Shown: positions 53,798 through 64,000 of the stretch, in pieces
How the letters are laid out: every line of letters begins with the position of its first letter
Numbering within the stretch: position 1 is the first letter of the stretch
Origin: Trueperaceae bacterium
Lineage (GTDB): Bacteria > Deinococcota > Deinococci > Deinococcales > Trueperaceae
Assembly: GCA_034521815.1 (NCBI GenBank)
Contig: JAXHLW010000011.1
Location: 40,336 to 104,335 of the forward strand
Direction: 5' to 3'
DNA length: 64,000 bases
Program-made: the position numbers and the translations under genes
Notes under the pieces: model-generated
What the model was told of the DNA's origin: nothing
The model's input: the letters and a program-made list of their open reading frames with translations, nothing else
The model's database searches: none

Positions 53798-53922
53798 CGC
53801 CCGGACGACGAAGCGACGCACCCGTCGAGGCGTTGCCGCGCGCACGCCCGATGGGGACGCGACCGATCCGCCTGTCGCGCCCTCGGCCGGACGAGGGTCG
53901 GCAGGGTGCCCGAGGGAGCGCA

Positions 53923-54033
53923 ATGGACTTCGGCATCGCGGAGGAGCGAGTGCACGCCGACGAGGTGGCGCCGCCCTTCCAGGACCCCGTGCAGTACCGG
54001 ATCCACCGCCTCGAGACGGACGCCTCGTCGTGA
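53923..54033 (+). CDS. 36-aa small ORF translationally coupled to the dehydrogenase
   Basis: GAGGGAG RBS; stop overlaps the next start (GTGA). Confidence 0.4.
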   Translation: MDFGIAEERVHADEVAPPFQDPVQYRIHRLETDASS

Positions 54034-55158
54034 GCGAGGTCGACGCCTACGGCCTGAGCGAGCGCGGGGCCGCCAGCGAGGTGCCCGCTCCCCAGCTCGA
54101 CTACCAGCCGCCGCGACCGCGCGACGTGGGACGCGGCATCGGCCTGATCGGCTGCGGAGGCATCGCCGCGCACCACCTGAACGCCTACCGCCAGGCGGGC
54201 TTCCGCGTCGTGGCGCTGTGCGACCGCGACCCAGGGAAGCTCGAAGCCCGCCGCCGAGAGTTCTTCCCAGACGCCGCGACCTACCTCGGTGCAGACGACC
54301 TGCTGGCGGACGACGCGGTGGAGGTGGTCGATGCGACCCCCCACCCCGGCGATCGCGCGATCCTGATCGAGGACGCGCTGAGGGCCGGCAAGCACGTCCT
54401 CAGCCAGAAGCCGTTCGTGACCGACCTGGACCTCGGGGAGCGCCTCGCGGATCTCGCCGGGGAGCGGGACCGGAAGCTGGCGGTCAACCAGAACGGGCGA
54501 TGGGCGCCGCACTTCTCCTACGCCCGCGCGGCGGTGCGGGAAGGTCTCCTCGGCCCGCTCTCGAGCATCGACGTCTCGCTGCACTTCGACCACAACTGGA
54601 CCGCCGGAACGCCGTTCGAGCGGATCCACCACCTGATCCTCTACGACTTCGCGATCCACTGGTTCGACATCGTTCAGGTGCTCGTCGGGGAGCCGGCCCA
54701 GCGGGTGACGGCCAGCGTGCACCGTTCGCCGACGCAGCGCGCGCGGCCGCCGCTGCTCGCGCACGCCCTCGTGGACTTCGGGAGCGCCCAGGCGACGCTG
54801 GCCATGAACGGCGACACCCGGCTCGGTCAGAGCGACCGCACGGTGATCGCGGGCTCGCACGGGACGCTGGCGAGCGAAGGGCCCGACCTGAACGAGCAGC
54901 GCGTCACCCTCTTCCGCGAAGACGGCTACGCACGGCCCGCTCTGCACGGGGCCTGGTTCGACGACGGCTTCCGCGGCGCCATGGCCGAGCTGCTGTGCGC
55001 GATCGAGGAGGACCGCACACCCGAGAACGACGCCCGAGCCAACCTGGACAGCCTGGCGCCTGTGCTTCGCGGCCATCGCCAGCGCAGACGCCGGGGAGCC
55101 GAGGCGTCCCGGCCAGGTCCGCAGCCTCCCGGCCAGCGTGTTCAGCGCCGGAGGGTGA
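54030..55158 (+). CDS. Gfo/Idh/MocA oxidoreductase (frameshift ~55058)
   Basis: GLIGCGGIA, GKHVLSQKPF, VNQNGRW and DFAIHWFD. Confidence 0.87.
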
Positions 55159-55913
55159 AGTCCGCGCTCCCGCCGGTCAGTCTCGATCCGGAAGCGACAG
55201 CGGTCCGCCCGGGCGTAGCGACGCGTGAATTCGATGCCCGTCCCGCTCTCGCCCCGGGCGAGCCGCTCGGTGAAGAGGACGTCGGACCTCTCCGGCAGGC
55301 CCAGCGCGCGCGTGATTCCCGCATCGGCACGCCGTACCTCGAGCGTCTCCCAGCCCAGGACCAGGCGGACGCCGTACTCCCGCTCGAGCACGTCGTACAG
55401 CGATCCGGAGAGGTCGTGACCGAGAACGTTCGGTGTGTGCAGGTGGGCGAGGTGGCACACCTCCACCATGAGCGGCAGGCCGTCGGCCATCCGCAGCCGC
55501 CGAATCATCGCGACCGCCCCGCCCGGGGGCAGGTCCAGGGCGCGTGCGACGTCCGGATCGGCCGTCTGCAGCGCCGTGTCGAGCACGCGCGACGAAGCGC
55601 GCACGCCGAGGGCTCGCATGTTCTCGGTGAAGCCGCGGAGCTGGTCGAGCCGCTGCTCGACCTTCGGCTGCGCGACGAAGGTTCCGCGTCCCTGGCGGCG
55701 CACCAGCCATCCCGCGTGCTCCAGCTCGTCCACCGCCTGGCGCAGCGTGGCCCGAGAGATGCGCAGGCGGCCACTCAGGATCCGCTCGGAAGGGATCGGC
55801 GTGCCTACGGGCCACGACCCCTCGACGGATGCCCCCAGCAGCCAGTCCTTCAGCTGGCGGTAGAGCGGCACCCCCGAGGCGGGGTCGAGCTTCGGCAGGG
55901 GCGGACGGTCCAT
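55142..55913 (-). CDS. GntR family (HutC/UTRA) regulator (frameshift near the C-terminus)
   Basis: PLYRQL, IPSER, ISRATLRQA and RQGRGTFV; UTRA domain with SLYDVLE. Confidence 0.88.
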
Positions 55914-55934
55914 CGGTACCTCGCGTGAGTCCTA

Positions 55935-55957
55935 ACTGGTTCGTACCAGACTATACT
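55935..55957 (+). promoter_or_regulatory. Second GntR/HutC-type operator ACTGGTTCGTACCAGA followed by a TATACT -10
   Basis: Shares TGGTyCGTACCA...CTATACTCG with the 53777 site; lies between the divergent GntR and ROK genes. Confidence 0.75.
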
Positions 55958-55968
55958 CGGCGGCGACC

Positions 55969-56965
55969 ATGAACGTCGCACCCGAACCGTCCGAAACTCT
56001 CCGCACCCGTCATCGGGATCGACGTGGGAGGCACCAGCATCAAGCTCGGCGTCCTGCGGGAGGGCGGCAGCGCCCTCGAGCTGTTCCGCAGCCTGCCTAC
56101 CGGCGCCCACCGACACCGCGACGAGGTGCTTGGCGACCTCGCCGGGGCGGTCCGGTCGCTATTGGCCGAGGTGGAGGCCGCCGGCATCGGGCCGTCGCGA
56201 TCGGCGTGGGGCTTCCCGCCGCCATGTCGCGCGACGGTCGGATCGAGGTGCTGCCGAACTTCGCGCCCGGCTGGAGCGGCGTGCAGGTGGCGGACGAGCT
56301 GCGGTCGCGGACGGGCATCGCGGGCGTCGTCGTCAACGACGCCCGCGCGTTCACGTTGGCCGAGGCGACGTTCGGAGCCGCGGCGGGCACGCGCGCAGCC
56401 TTCGGCGTCACGCTCGGCACCGGCGTCGGCGGCGGCCTGGTCCTGGACGGCGAGCTCTACACCGGCCCGTCCGGGAAGGCCGGCGAGTTCGGGCACCACG
56501 TCGTGGACCGGCACGGGCCGCTGTGCGGCTGCGGCAGCCACGGCTGCCTCGAGACCTACGCCTCGGCGACCGCGCTCGTGGCCAGCGTGACGCGGCCGTT
56601 CCTCCGCGGCACCGCCGCCCGCCTGCGCGAGCTGACCGACGGACGGCTCGAGGCCGTGACGCCGCCGCTCATCGCGGAGGCCGCCGCCCTGAGGAGACGA
56701 CGTGTGCCGCGAAGCGTTGGACCGGGTGGCGACGGTGCTCGGCGTGGCGATCGCCAACGTCGCCACCCTGGTGGCGGTCGAGAGGGTGGTGATCGGCGGC
56801 GGCATGGCGGGACTCGGCGACAGCCTGTTCGTGCCGTTGCGCGACACGCTGCGCGCCTACGCTCCCGTGGTGGGCGACGATCTGCCCACGGTGGTGCCGG
56901 CCCGGCTGGGCGACACGGCCGGAGCGCTCGGGGCGGCGCTCGTGGCCCGCCGGTCGCCGGCGTGA
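55969..56965 (+). CDS. ROK family sugar kinase (about 3 frameshifts)
   Basis: IDVGGT, NDARA, LGTGVGGG and GEFGH...CGCGSHGCLE; no N-terminal HTH. Confidence 0.85.
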
Positions 56966-57045
56966 GCCGTGCGGTCGGCCCGGCGCGGGTCGTGCCCGAC
57001 CGCGCCTACGCCCCTCCTACGCACGCCCCGCCGCGAACGACCGCT

Positions 57046-57813
57046 CTAGGCATGCGCGCCGGTGATGATGCGCTCCACCTCTTCGACCGTCGTCGACTTG
57101 GGATCGATGTCGTCGGCGACCACCTTGCCGCGGCGCAGCACCACGATCCTGTCCACCACCTTGAAGACGTGATGGATGTTGTGCGCGATGAAGATGCTCG
57201 AGTGCCCGCTTTCGCGGGTCTCGCGGATGAAGCGCAGGACCCCCTGCGTCTCCTCCACGCCGAGGTTGTTCGTCGGGCTCGTCGAGGATGATCAGGTCGC
57301 TGTCGAAGTAGAGGGCGCGCGCGATCGACACCGCCTGGCGCTCGCCGCCCGACAGGTAGCTCACGGGCGTCGTCGCAGGGATGTCCTTGCTGATGCCGAT
57401 CCTCTTCAGGAGCGTCCCCGCCACCTCGTTCATCTTCCGCTGGTCCATCCTGTTGAGGAGGGCCGGTCCCGTCGTCGGCTCCCGTCCCAAGAACAGGTTG
57501 CGTGCGATGGAGAGCTGCGTCGACGAGCGCGGAGTTCTGGTGGATCGTCTCGATGCCCAGGTCGATGGCGTCGGTCGTGTCACGGATCCGCACCTTCTGG
57601 CCGCGCATGTAGATCTCCCCGGCGGTGGCGCGCACCGTTCCCGCCAGGATCTTGATGAGCGTCGACTTGCCCGCGCCGTTGTCGCCCAGCAGGCCGACGA
57701 TCTCCCTCTTCTCGCACGGTGAAGTCCACGCCGTCGAGCGCCCGGACGGGACCGTAGGACTGCCGGATCCCCTCCATGCGCACCAGCTCGCCACTCGGAC
57801 CCGCGGCGGTCAT
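57046..57813 (-). CDS. Sugar ABC transporter ATP-binding protein (frameshifted)
   Basis: [22 protein letters not shown] and IAHN. Confidence 0.85.
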
Positions 57814-58799
57814 CTCGTCGCCGCCGGGTTCCTGCGCTCCAGGAACGACTGGAGCGCCATCATCGCGAGGATCGTCACGCCGATGAAGATGTTGTACGCG
57901 AGCCCCGGCACGCCGATCAGGACGATGCCGTTGCGCATCATCCGCAGCATGAGCACCCCCAGGACCGTGCCGACGATCGTGCCGCGGCCACCCATGAGGG
58001 CCGTGCCGCCGATCACGACCATGGCGATCACCTCCAGCTCGTAGCCGGTGCCGCTGTTGGGGTTGGCGGCGGACACGCGCATCGAGCTGGCGATGCCGGC
58101 GAAGCCCGACAGGAACGCGGTGAGGATGAACAGCCACGTCTTCGTGGCGGCCACGCCCACGCCGCGCGCCCGGGCGGACTCGGGGTTGCCGCCCGCCGCC
58201 TGGATCCAGTTGCCCACCTTCGTCTGCGTCAGCAGGTAGGCGAGCACGATGGCGAAGCCGATGAACCAGAGGAGGGTCGCGTAGACGCGGAAGTCGCCGA
58301 TGTAGAAGGCTCCCGCGACGAGGCTCAGGAGCCACCCCTCCGCGTCCCAGGTGCGCTGCGGAAAGCCGCTGGTCGTGTACAGCGCCGTGCCGCGGATCGT
58401 CATCATCATGCCCAGCGTCACCAGGAACGACGGGATCCGCAGCCGCGTGACGAACCAGCCGTTCACGAAGCCGACGGCGGCCGCCACGGCGAGCGCGATG
58501 ACGAACGCGGGCGCAAGCGGCATGACGCCCTCGTTGAACAGCGTCCACATCACGATGGGGGTGAACCCGAACACCGAACCGACGGACAGGTCGAACTCGC
58601 CCGAGGTCATCAGCACCGTCATGCCCAAGGCGATCATTCCCAGCTCGGGGGAGAAGGCCAGCACGTTGCTGATGTTGCCCGTCGACAGGAAGTGCGGCGA
58701 CAGCATCGCGAACACCGCGATCTCGACGATGACGAGCGTGAGCGGAAGCAGCTCGGGCGTGGTCGTCCACCACCCGACGAGGCGGGACGGGATGCGCAT
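57810..58799 (-). CDS. Sugar ABC transporter permease
   Basis: EFDLSVGS, IPSFLVTLG and YELEVIAMVVIGGT. Confidence 0.9.
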   Translation of the reverse strand: MRIPSRLVGWWTTTPELLPLTLVIVEIAVFAMLSPHFLSTGNISNVLAFSPELGMIALGMTVLMTSGEFDLSVGSVFGFTPIVMWTLFNEGVMPLAPAFVIALAVAAAVGFVNGWFVTRLRIPSFLVTLGMMMTIRGTALYTTSGFPQRTWDAEGWLLSLVAGAFYIGDFRVYATLLWFIGFAIVLAYLLTQTKVGNWIQAAGGNPESARARGVGVAATKTWLFILTAFLSGFAGIASSMRVSAANPNSGTGYELEVIAMVVIGGTALMGGRGTIVGTVLGVLMLRMMRNGIVLIGVPGLAYNIFIGVTILAMMALQSFLERRNPAATR

Positions 58800-58835
58800 G
58801 GTGCTCCTCACGAACCTCTCCCGTTGCAGAGGACG

Positions 58836-58860
58836 AGGCTGGTAGGAATTCTACCAGCCT
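58836..58860. other. 10-bp stem-loop between the binding-protein and permease genes (possible mRNA stabiliser)
   Basis: AGGCTGGTAG-GAATT-CTACCAGCCT. Confidence 0.55.
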
Positions 58861-58949
58861 CCATTCGATCGAGTCTTCCGGGCACCGGCCCGGCGTGCCT
58901 ACGCGTCGTCACCATCGTGGAGAACGCCGCGCCGGCCCCTGGACGGTGG

Positions 58950-59885
58950 TCAGTTCCCGCCCGTCATGATGTCGAGGTAGGTCTGGGCGGTGTCGGCCTC
59001 GTAGAGGGTGCCGACGACGATGTCGAACCCGGGGGGCACGCCGTTGGCCGCCATCGAGGCCACGGAGAGTCCCATGTAGCTCGTCGCCTGCGGATCCTGC
59101 CACATCGCGGCCTGCACGTAGCCGTCGAGGACCTCCTGCGCGGTATCGGCCGAGTTGCCCCAGCCCACGACCGGGATGTCGCCCGGCTGCACGCCCACCT
59201 GGTCGAAGACGCGCGCGATGCTGCCGGTCACCAGGTCGCCGAGGCCGATGATGGCGTCGATGCGGCCCTGGTTCGCCAGCAGGTAGTCGGACATCCGCGT
59301 GATGATCTCGGCCTGGTCGAGCGTCGCCTCGGTCACTTCGTACTCGACCCCGAGCGGATCGAAGACGCTCGCGATGCCCTCCGTGGCGAGGGTCTGGTAC
59401 GTCGCCCCCGGCACCTCGACGGGCATCCACACGAACGACCCCTCCTCGACGTGGCCGTTGTCGACGAGGTACTGCGCCCAGCGCCGGCCGGTGTCGACCG
59501 TGTCGCCACCGACGTACGCGTCGCGCCCGCTGTCGGCGTCCTCGGTGTTGATGATGACGACGGGGATGTCCCGCGCGTGCGCCTCTTCGATCACCTGGTC
59601 CAGCGCGCCCGGATCCGGCGTGCTGGAGACGATCGCCGCGGCACCCGCCGTGATGGCGGCGCGGAACGCCTCCTGGTGGTTGGGGACGTCGCCGCTGTGG
59701 AAGGACGTGTTCACCTGGTTGCCGGTGACGTCGGACCACAGCTCGGCGCCCTCGAGGAAGTACGTCCAGACCGGATCGGCCGGGTCACCGTGCGAGATCC
59801 AGTAGTACGTGTCGTCCTGAGCGGACGCGGAGAGGACCAGTCCGAGGAACAGGGTGGCCAGGAGAGTCGTGAGGGCTTTGGGCAT
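58950..59885 (-). CDS. Sugar ABC transporter substrate-binding protein
   Basis: Signal peptide, ISHG...DPVW, IPVVIINT and WQDPQATSY. Confidence 0.88.
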   Translation of the reverse strand: MPKALTTLLATLFLGLVLSASAQDDTYYWISHGDPADPVWTYFLEGAELWSDVTGNQVNTSFHSGDVPNHQEAFRAAITAGAAAIVSSTPDPGALDQVIEEAHARDIPVVIINTEDADSGRDAYVGGDTVDTGRRWAQYLVDNGHVEEGSFVWMPVEVPGATYQTLATEGIASVFDPLGVEYEVTEATLDQAEIITRMSDYLLANQGRIDAIIGLGDLVTGSIARVFDQVGVQPGDIPVVGWGNSADTAQEVLDGYVQAAMWQDPQATSYMGLSVASMAANGVPPGFDIVVGTLYEADTAQTYLDIMTGGN

Positions 59886-60020
59886 GCGGGTTCCCTTCTT
59901 GCTGCAGGTGGACGTCGACAAGCACGCTGCGGCAGATCCGCCCGTCTTCCGTCGACACCCGATCTCGCCGAGATCGGCGCCGTCGTGCGACGGTGTAGCG
60001 AGTTGTCGTCTACGCTTCGA

Positions 60021-60049
60021 AGCCTAAGTCGCGGCGGGCACCGTGTCAA
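60021..60049 (-). promoter_or_regulatory. Sigma70-type promoter of the ABC operon
   Basis: TTGACA-N17-TAGGCT on the minus strand. Confidence 0.75.
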
Positions 60050-60306
60050 GAACGTGGACGCGCCTCTCGACCGCTTCGTCGAGTTCCCTGGCCCCTTTTT
60101 CAGCAGAGCGCAGCGGTCCGTGAGGACGTGCGGCTGACCAGGCGGTCCGGGCACCGCCTGTGAAGGGTACGGATCGACGCGACGCAGGCGTGCGCCCCGC
60201 TCATGACGAGCGGATAGCGAGGCCCGGGCCGCACGACGAGCGCGTACCGCATGTCATCGTGGGTGGTAGCAATCCATGCCATGATGTGCTGATACGGGAG
60301 GCCGAG

Positions 60307-60570
60307 ATGCGCGACAGAGCGATGAAGAAGATGCACCTGCCCCTGCCGCCCGACCTGCACGCCCGGCTCAAGGAGGAATCCGAGGCGTCGGGCACGTCCA
60401 GCACCGTCCTCGCCCGCAAGGCGGTCGAGGAGTGGCTCGAGTGGCGCCGTCGCGAGCGGGTCGCGGAGGACATCCGCGCCTACGCGCGCGAGATGGCCGG
60501 GACCGAGGCCGACCTCGACGAGGACCTCGAGGAAGCCGGCATCGAGGCTTGGCTCGCGAACGACCGATGA
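60307..60570 (+). CDS. Ribbon-helix-helix antitoxin
   Basis: KKMHLPLPPDLHARLK...LARKAVEEWL, an acidic C-terminus, and an ATGA overlap with the toxin. Confidence 0.8.
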   Translation: MRDRAMKKMHLPLPPDLHARLKEESEASGTSSTVLARKAVEEWLEWRRRERVAEDIRAYAREMAGTEADLDEDLEEAGIEAWLANDR

Positions 60571-60915
60571 GGCGCGGCGAGGTCTACTGGGTGGACCTTC
60601 GGCCTCGGTCAGGCAGCGAGCAGCGCGGTCGTCGTCCCGTCATCGTCGTCTCGCACGACGGATTCAACCGGACCGACACGTGGTCGAGCATCATCGTCGT
60701 GCCCATCAGCACGTCGGCGCGGCAGCGGCGGAGGGGCCCTACTGGCCGTTCCGCTCCCTGGGGTCGAGAGCGTGCAGGAGGGCTCCGTAGCCCTGTGCCA
60801 TCAGGTCACCACGGTCGATCGCACGAAGTTCGGCGAGCGCATCGGCCTCTTGTCCGGGGAAGCGATGCACTCCGTGAACGCCGGCCTCCTGGCCGCCCTG
60901 GACCTCGATGCGTGA
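60567..60915 (+). CDS. PemK/MazF family toxin (frameshift ~60745)
   Basis: MRRGEVYWVDL.PRSGSEQRGRRPVIVVS, VVPIST and ALCHQVTTVD. Confidence 0.87.
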
Positions 60916-60959
60916 GCACCATGTCCTAGAGACGTAGGAAGGGACCTGCCGTCGCCTCT

Positions 60960-61085
60960 GGGAAACATCCCGGGCAGGCGCGGCGCCAGTGCGACGACGG
61001 CCCGGACGATGCCCTCGGCCGATACCGCCTCGGACGTCCCCGCCGCCAAGTCCTGCACGAAGGTTTTATCAATCTTGACGACGTC
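60960..61085 (-). pseudogene. Orphan EAL-domain fragment
   Basis: DVVKIDKTFVQDL...IVRAVVALAPRLPGM matches the EAL C-terminal motif. Confidence 0.55.
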
Positions 61086-61144
61086 CTCGGTCGGACCGCC
61101 AGGGAACTACAGCCCGACATGGAGCGCTTCATGCGGCCCGTGTC

Positions 61145-64000
61145 TCAGATGTTGCGCAAGGCGGTGGTGAGAACCTGGTCGAGCGGCGCGGGGCGGCCGA
61201 ACAGGAACCCCTGGAAGGCGTCGACGCCCAGGTCGAGGAGCGTGGCCGCGTCCTCCTCGGACTCGACGTGCTCGGCCACGACGCGCATCCCCGAGTGCGA
61301 GGCGATCTCGACGGTCGCGCGAATGATCGCCTTGGACACCGGATCGTTGGTGCAGCCGTCGACGAACTGGCCGTCGATCTTCACGATCTCGGGCATCAGC
61401 GACCGGAGGTGCTCGAAGGAGCTGGCGCCGCGCCCGAAGTCGTCGAGCGCGAGCTTGGCGCCAAGCACGCGCACGCCGCTGACGAACCTGGCGGCGGCGG
61501 CCAGATCGGTGATCGTCGCGGACTCGGTCACCTCGAACACGAGGGATCCCAGGGACGCTGTCGCCTCCCCGGCCTGGTCGCGGACGAAGCCGAGGAAATC
61601 GAGATCGCTCAGGGTGAGCGCGCTGACGTTCACGTGAAGGTCGAGCACGCGCACACGGGGATCCGCAGCCGCAGCCACCTGGATCTGGGCGAGCGCCTTC
61701 GCGATCACGACGCGGTCCAAGCGGCGCACGAGGCCGAAGCGCTCGGCGGCCGGCAGGAACTCGGCCGGCTGCATGATCCGGTCGTCCGGCGCGCGCAGGC
61801 GGGCGAGAACCTCGACGCCCACGGGGCGCCGGTCCTTGACGGACGCGATCAACTGTCCGTAAAGCACCACGCGGTCTTCGTGGAGCGCGGCGGTAAGGTC
61901 GTTGACGGCCGAGAAGTCCTTGCGGGTCGCGCGGGTAGCGTCGTCGCTCTGGAACACGTACACGCCGTTGCCGCCACGCGCTTTGGCCTCGTAGAGTGCG
62001 ATGTCGGCGTTCGCCATCGCTTCGACGATCGTGTCGCACCGGTCGCGCTCTAGGAGCACTGCGCCCACCGACAGCGAAACCGTGTAGCGGCGCCCGCTCC
62101 ACGTAAGCCCGTAGTCCTGCATCGTGCGCACCAGCCGTGCGGCCAAGGCCTCGCCTTCGGCCAACGTGCAGTTGCGTACCAGGACGCCGAACTCGTCGCC
62201 GCCCAAGCGACCGAAGACGTCGCGGGTGCGCACCAGGCGCTTCACCGCACGCGACATGTCGCGCAGTACCTGGTCGCCGGCGGCGTGCCCCGACGTGTCG
62301 TTGATGATCTTGAACCGGTCGAGGTCCAGATACAGCAGCACGTGGGTTTCGCCGTGCGCCTTCACACCTTCGAGCGTGCGCTCCAGCTCGCGCTCGAAGG
62401 CACCGCGGTTGAGCGTGTCGGTCAGCCCGTCGTAGTTGCCGCGCCGTTCGACCTCGGCCACCAGACGCTCGCGCTCGCTGACGTCGCGAAGCACCACCAC
62501 CACGCCCTCGGGGACGTTGTCGGCGTCCCGCAACACGTGCGTCGCGTAGTCGACGACGTGGCGGAGCTCGCCGGTGGTCGCGATCAGTGGCGTGATGGAG
62601 CGCATCGGCTCGCCGGTCCGGAGCGTGTCGATCGCGAGGTTCGGCAGGTACGTGCGGCCACCGTCGGCGCTGAGCTGCACCACCTCGTCGAGCGAACGGC
62701 CGACGAGGTCCGCGGTCGACCGACCGGTCAGGTCGGCGGCGGCGTCGTTGGCGTACTCGATGACGCCGTGGGCGTCGGTCGTGAGGACCGCTTCGCCAAG
62801 CGCAGCCAGCGTCGACCAGGCCAGCTGCCGCTCTTCGAGGACACGCTCCAGGCTGCGCGCGCGCTCACTGACATCGAAGAAGGTCAGGACGGCGCCGATA
62901 CGTTCGCCCTCGTGAGTGGCGTAGGCCGCCACCCGCGCCTCGAAGGTCGCGTCGCCGAAGGCCACGACCACCCGCTGCGTCCGGCCGTTCGCGATCGCGA
63001 CGCGCGCTGCCTCCGACAGGTCGGTGCCGACGGTGCCGTGCCATGCGACCGACGCCAGCGGGTCGCCAGGCAGCAGGCCATCGATGTCGGCGATCTGCGC
63101 CAGGTTCATGCTGGCGCGCCGCACGCGCAGGTCCGAATCCAGCACGAGCATCGGCAGGTCCACCCCACGCTCGATGTTCTGGACGTCGAGCGACAGCCGC
63201 TGCAGCTCGACGTTGCGGGCCTCGAGCTCGTCGTTGAGGGTGCGCAGCTCCTCGCTCGCCGACTGCAGCTCCTCGTTGGTCGTCTGCAGCTCCTCGTTGG
63301 TCGAGAGCATCTCTTCGTTGGCGCTCTGCATCTCCTCGTTCGCCGTCTCGAGCTCCTCGTTGGCGTTCTCGAGCTCGCCGACCGTCGTCTGCAGGCTCGC
63401 GCGGGTGTCGGCGAGCTCGGCCTCGAGGGTGCGGACGACGGCGTCGTCGGATGGCGTGGGCGCGCCCTCGGTGGACGCCGCGGCGCGTTCGATGGGGACG
63501 CGGTCGATCGTGACCAGCAGCACCCCGTCGGTTTCGTCGCTCACGGGATGGACCTCGAGGCTCACCCGTTCAGGCGCAGCGCCATCCAGCCTCGGTGTGC
63601 GCAGGGCGACGAACGACGCCGAGCCCTCGCGGCGCGCCTTGTAGATCAGGGTGCGGAGGGGCGCACGAAGGTCCTCGTCGATGAGGCCCAGGAGGTCGAG
63701 GCTCGCGCCACCGCTGCGGAGGTGGACGAACTGTCCCGCCCGGCCCAGCGTGTGCAGCACCTCGTTGTGCTCGTCGATAAGCAGTGCTGCGTCGACGCGC
63801 ACCTCGGCGAGCTTGGCCCACATCGCTCGTTCCCGGCGTTCGACATCGGTGACGCCCTTCGGCGGCCGTCGGACGGCGCCGAGCGGCGGTGGGGACGGTA
63901 CGGGTTCGGGTGGGCGCGCGCGACCCCGGCAATCCGGTGGTATACCGACCCCTTGTCGGCGTCCGGGGAAAACCAACTCGAGTATCGGGCCACCGATTCG
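61145..64000 (-). CDS. CheR-type/coiled-coil/PAS/GGDEF/EAL hybrid (N-terminus outside the window; frameshift ~63900)
   Basis: ESV...F...VYHR CheR tail, [25 protein letters not shown] coil, PAS, RTRD, GGDEF, EVL, DDFG and KIDGQF. Confidence 0.87.
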   Translation of the reverse strand, partial: RIGGPILELVFPGRRQGVGIPPDCRGRARPPEPVPSPPPLGAVRRPPKGVTDVERRERAMWAKLAEVRVDAALLIDEHNEVLHTLGRAGQFVHLRSGGASLDLLGLIDEDLRAPLRTLIYKARREGSASFVALRTPRLDGAAPERVSLEVHPVSDETDGVLLVTIDRVPIERAAASTEGAPTPSDDAVVRTLEAELADTRASLQTTVGELENANEELETANEEMQSANEEMLSTNEELQTTNEELQSASEELRTLNDELEARNVELQRLSLDVQNIERGVDLPMLVLDSDLRVRRASMNLAQIADIDGLLPGDPLASVAWHGTVGTDLSEAARVAIANGRTQRVVVAFGDATFEARVAAYATHEGERIGAVLTFFDVSERARSLERVLEERQLAWSTLAALGEAVLTTDAHGVIEYANDAAADLTGRSTADLVGRSLDEVVQLSADGGRTYLPNLAIDTLRTGEPMRSITPLIATTGELRHVVDYATHVLRDADNVPEGVVVVLRDVSERERLVAEVERRGNYDGLTDTLNRGAFERELERTLEGVKAHGETHVLLYLDLDRFKIINDTSGHAAGDQVLRDMSRAVKRLVRTRDVFGRLGGDEFGVLVRNCTLAEGEALAARLVRTMQDYGLTWSGRRYTVSLSVGAVLLERDRCDTIVEAMANADIALYEAKARGGNGVYVFQSDDATRATRKDFSAVNDLTAALHEDRVVLYGQLIASVKDRRPVGVEVLARLRAPDDRIMQPAEFLPAAERFGLVRRLDRVVIAKALAQIQVAAAADPRVRVLDLHVNVSALTLSDLDFLGFVRDQAGEATASLGSLVFEVTESATITDLAAAARFVSGVRVLGAKLALDDFGRGASSFEHLRSLMPEIVKIDGQFVDGCTNDPVSKAIIRATVEIASHSGMRVVAEHVESEEDAATLLDLGVDAFQGFLFGRPAPLDQVLTTALRNI

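Noticed and set aside
52935-55913. 992-aa GntR fusion protein
   Set aside because: Read-through caused by an indel near 55180; the real GntR ends at 55142.

Overview
High-GC bacterial chromosomal window. Gene content and promoter style suggest Deinococcota, possibly Trueperaceae; this is an inference. About 55 genes can be supported. Roughly 20 are broken by single-base indels, which look like long-read assembly errors rather than true pseudogenes. Main content: (i) a dense c-di-GMP signalling region with 7 GGDEF, 2 EAL and 2 HD-GYP proteins, an orphan atypical LuxR-type response regulator, and a c-di-GMP-II riboswitch whose Shine-Dalgarno (SD)-sequestering hairpin controls an uncharacterised lipoprotein; (ii) a cyanophycin locus cphB-cphA extended by an uncharacterised ATP-grasp ligase and a Gdx/SugE-type SMR exporter; (iii) a complete ribose operon with a LacI operator; (iv) pflB-pflA-OFA transporter with a Rex-like box, and a distant fhs; (v) an inverted-topology (NewPHL-like) photolyase next to DUF2256; (vi) an ~10-kb GntR/HutC-controlled catabolic cluster for an unknown sugar or amino sugar, with two DasR/NagR-like operators; (vii) one RHH-MazF toxin-antitoxin pair, a decayed RHH-PIN pair and an orphan EAL fragment. 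No rRNA, tRNA, CRISPR array, transposase or integrase was seen.
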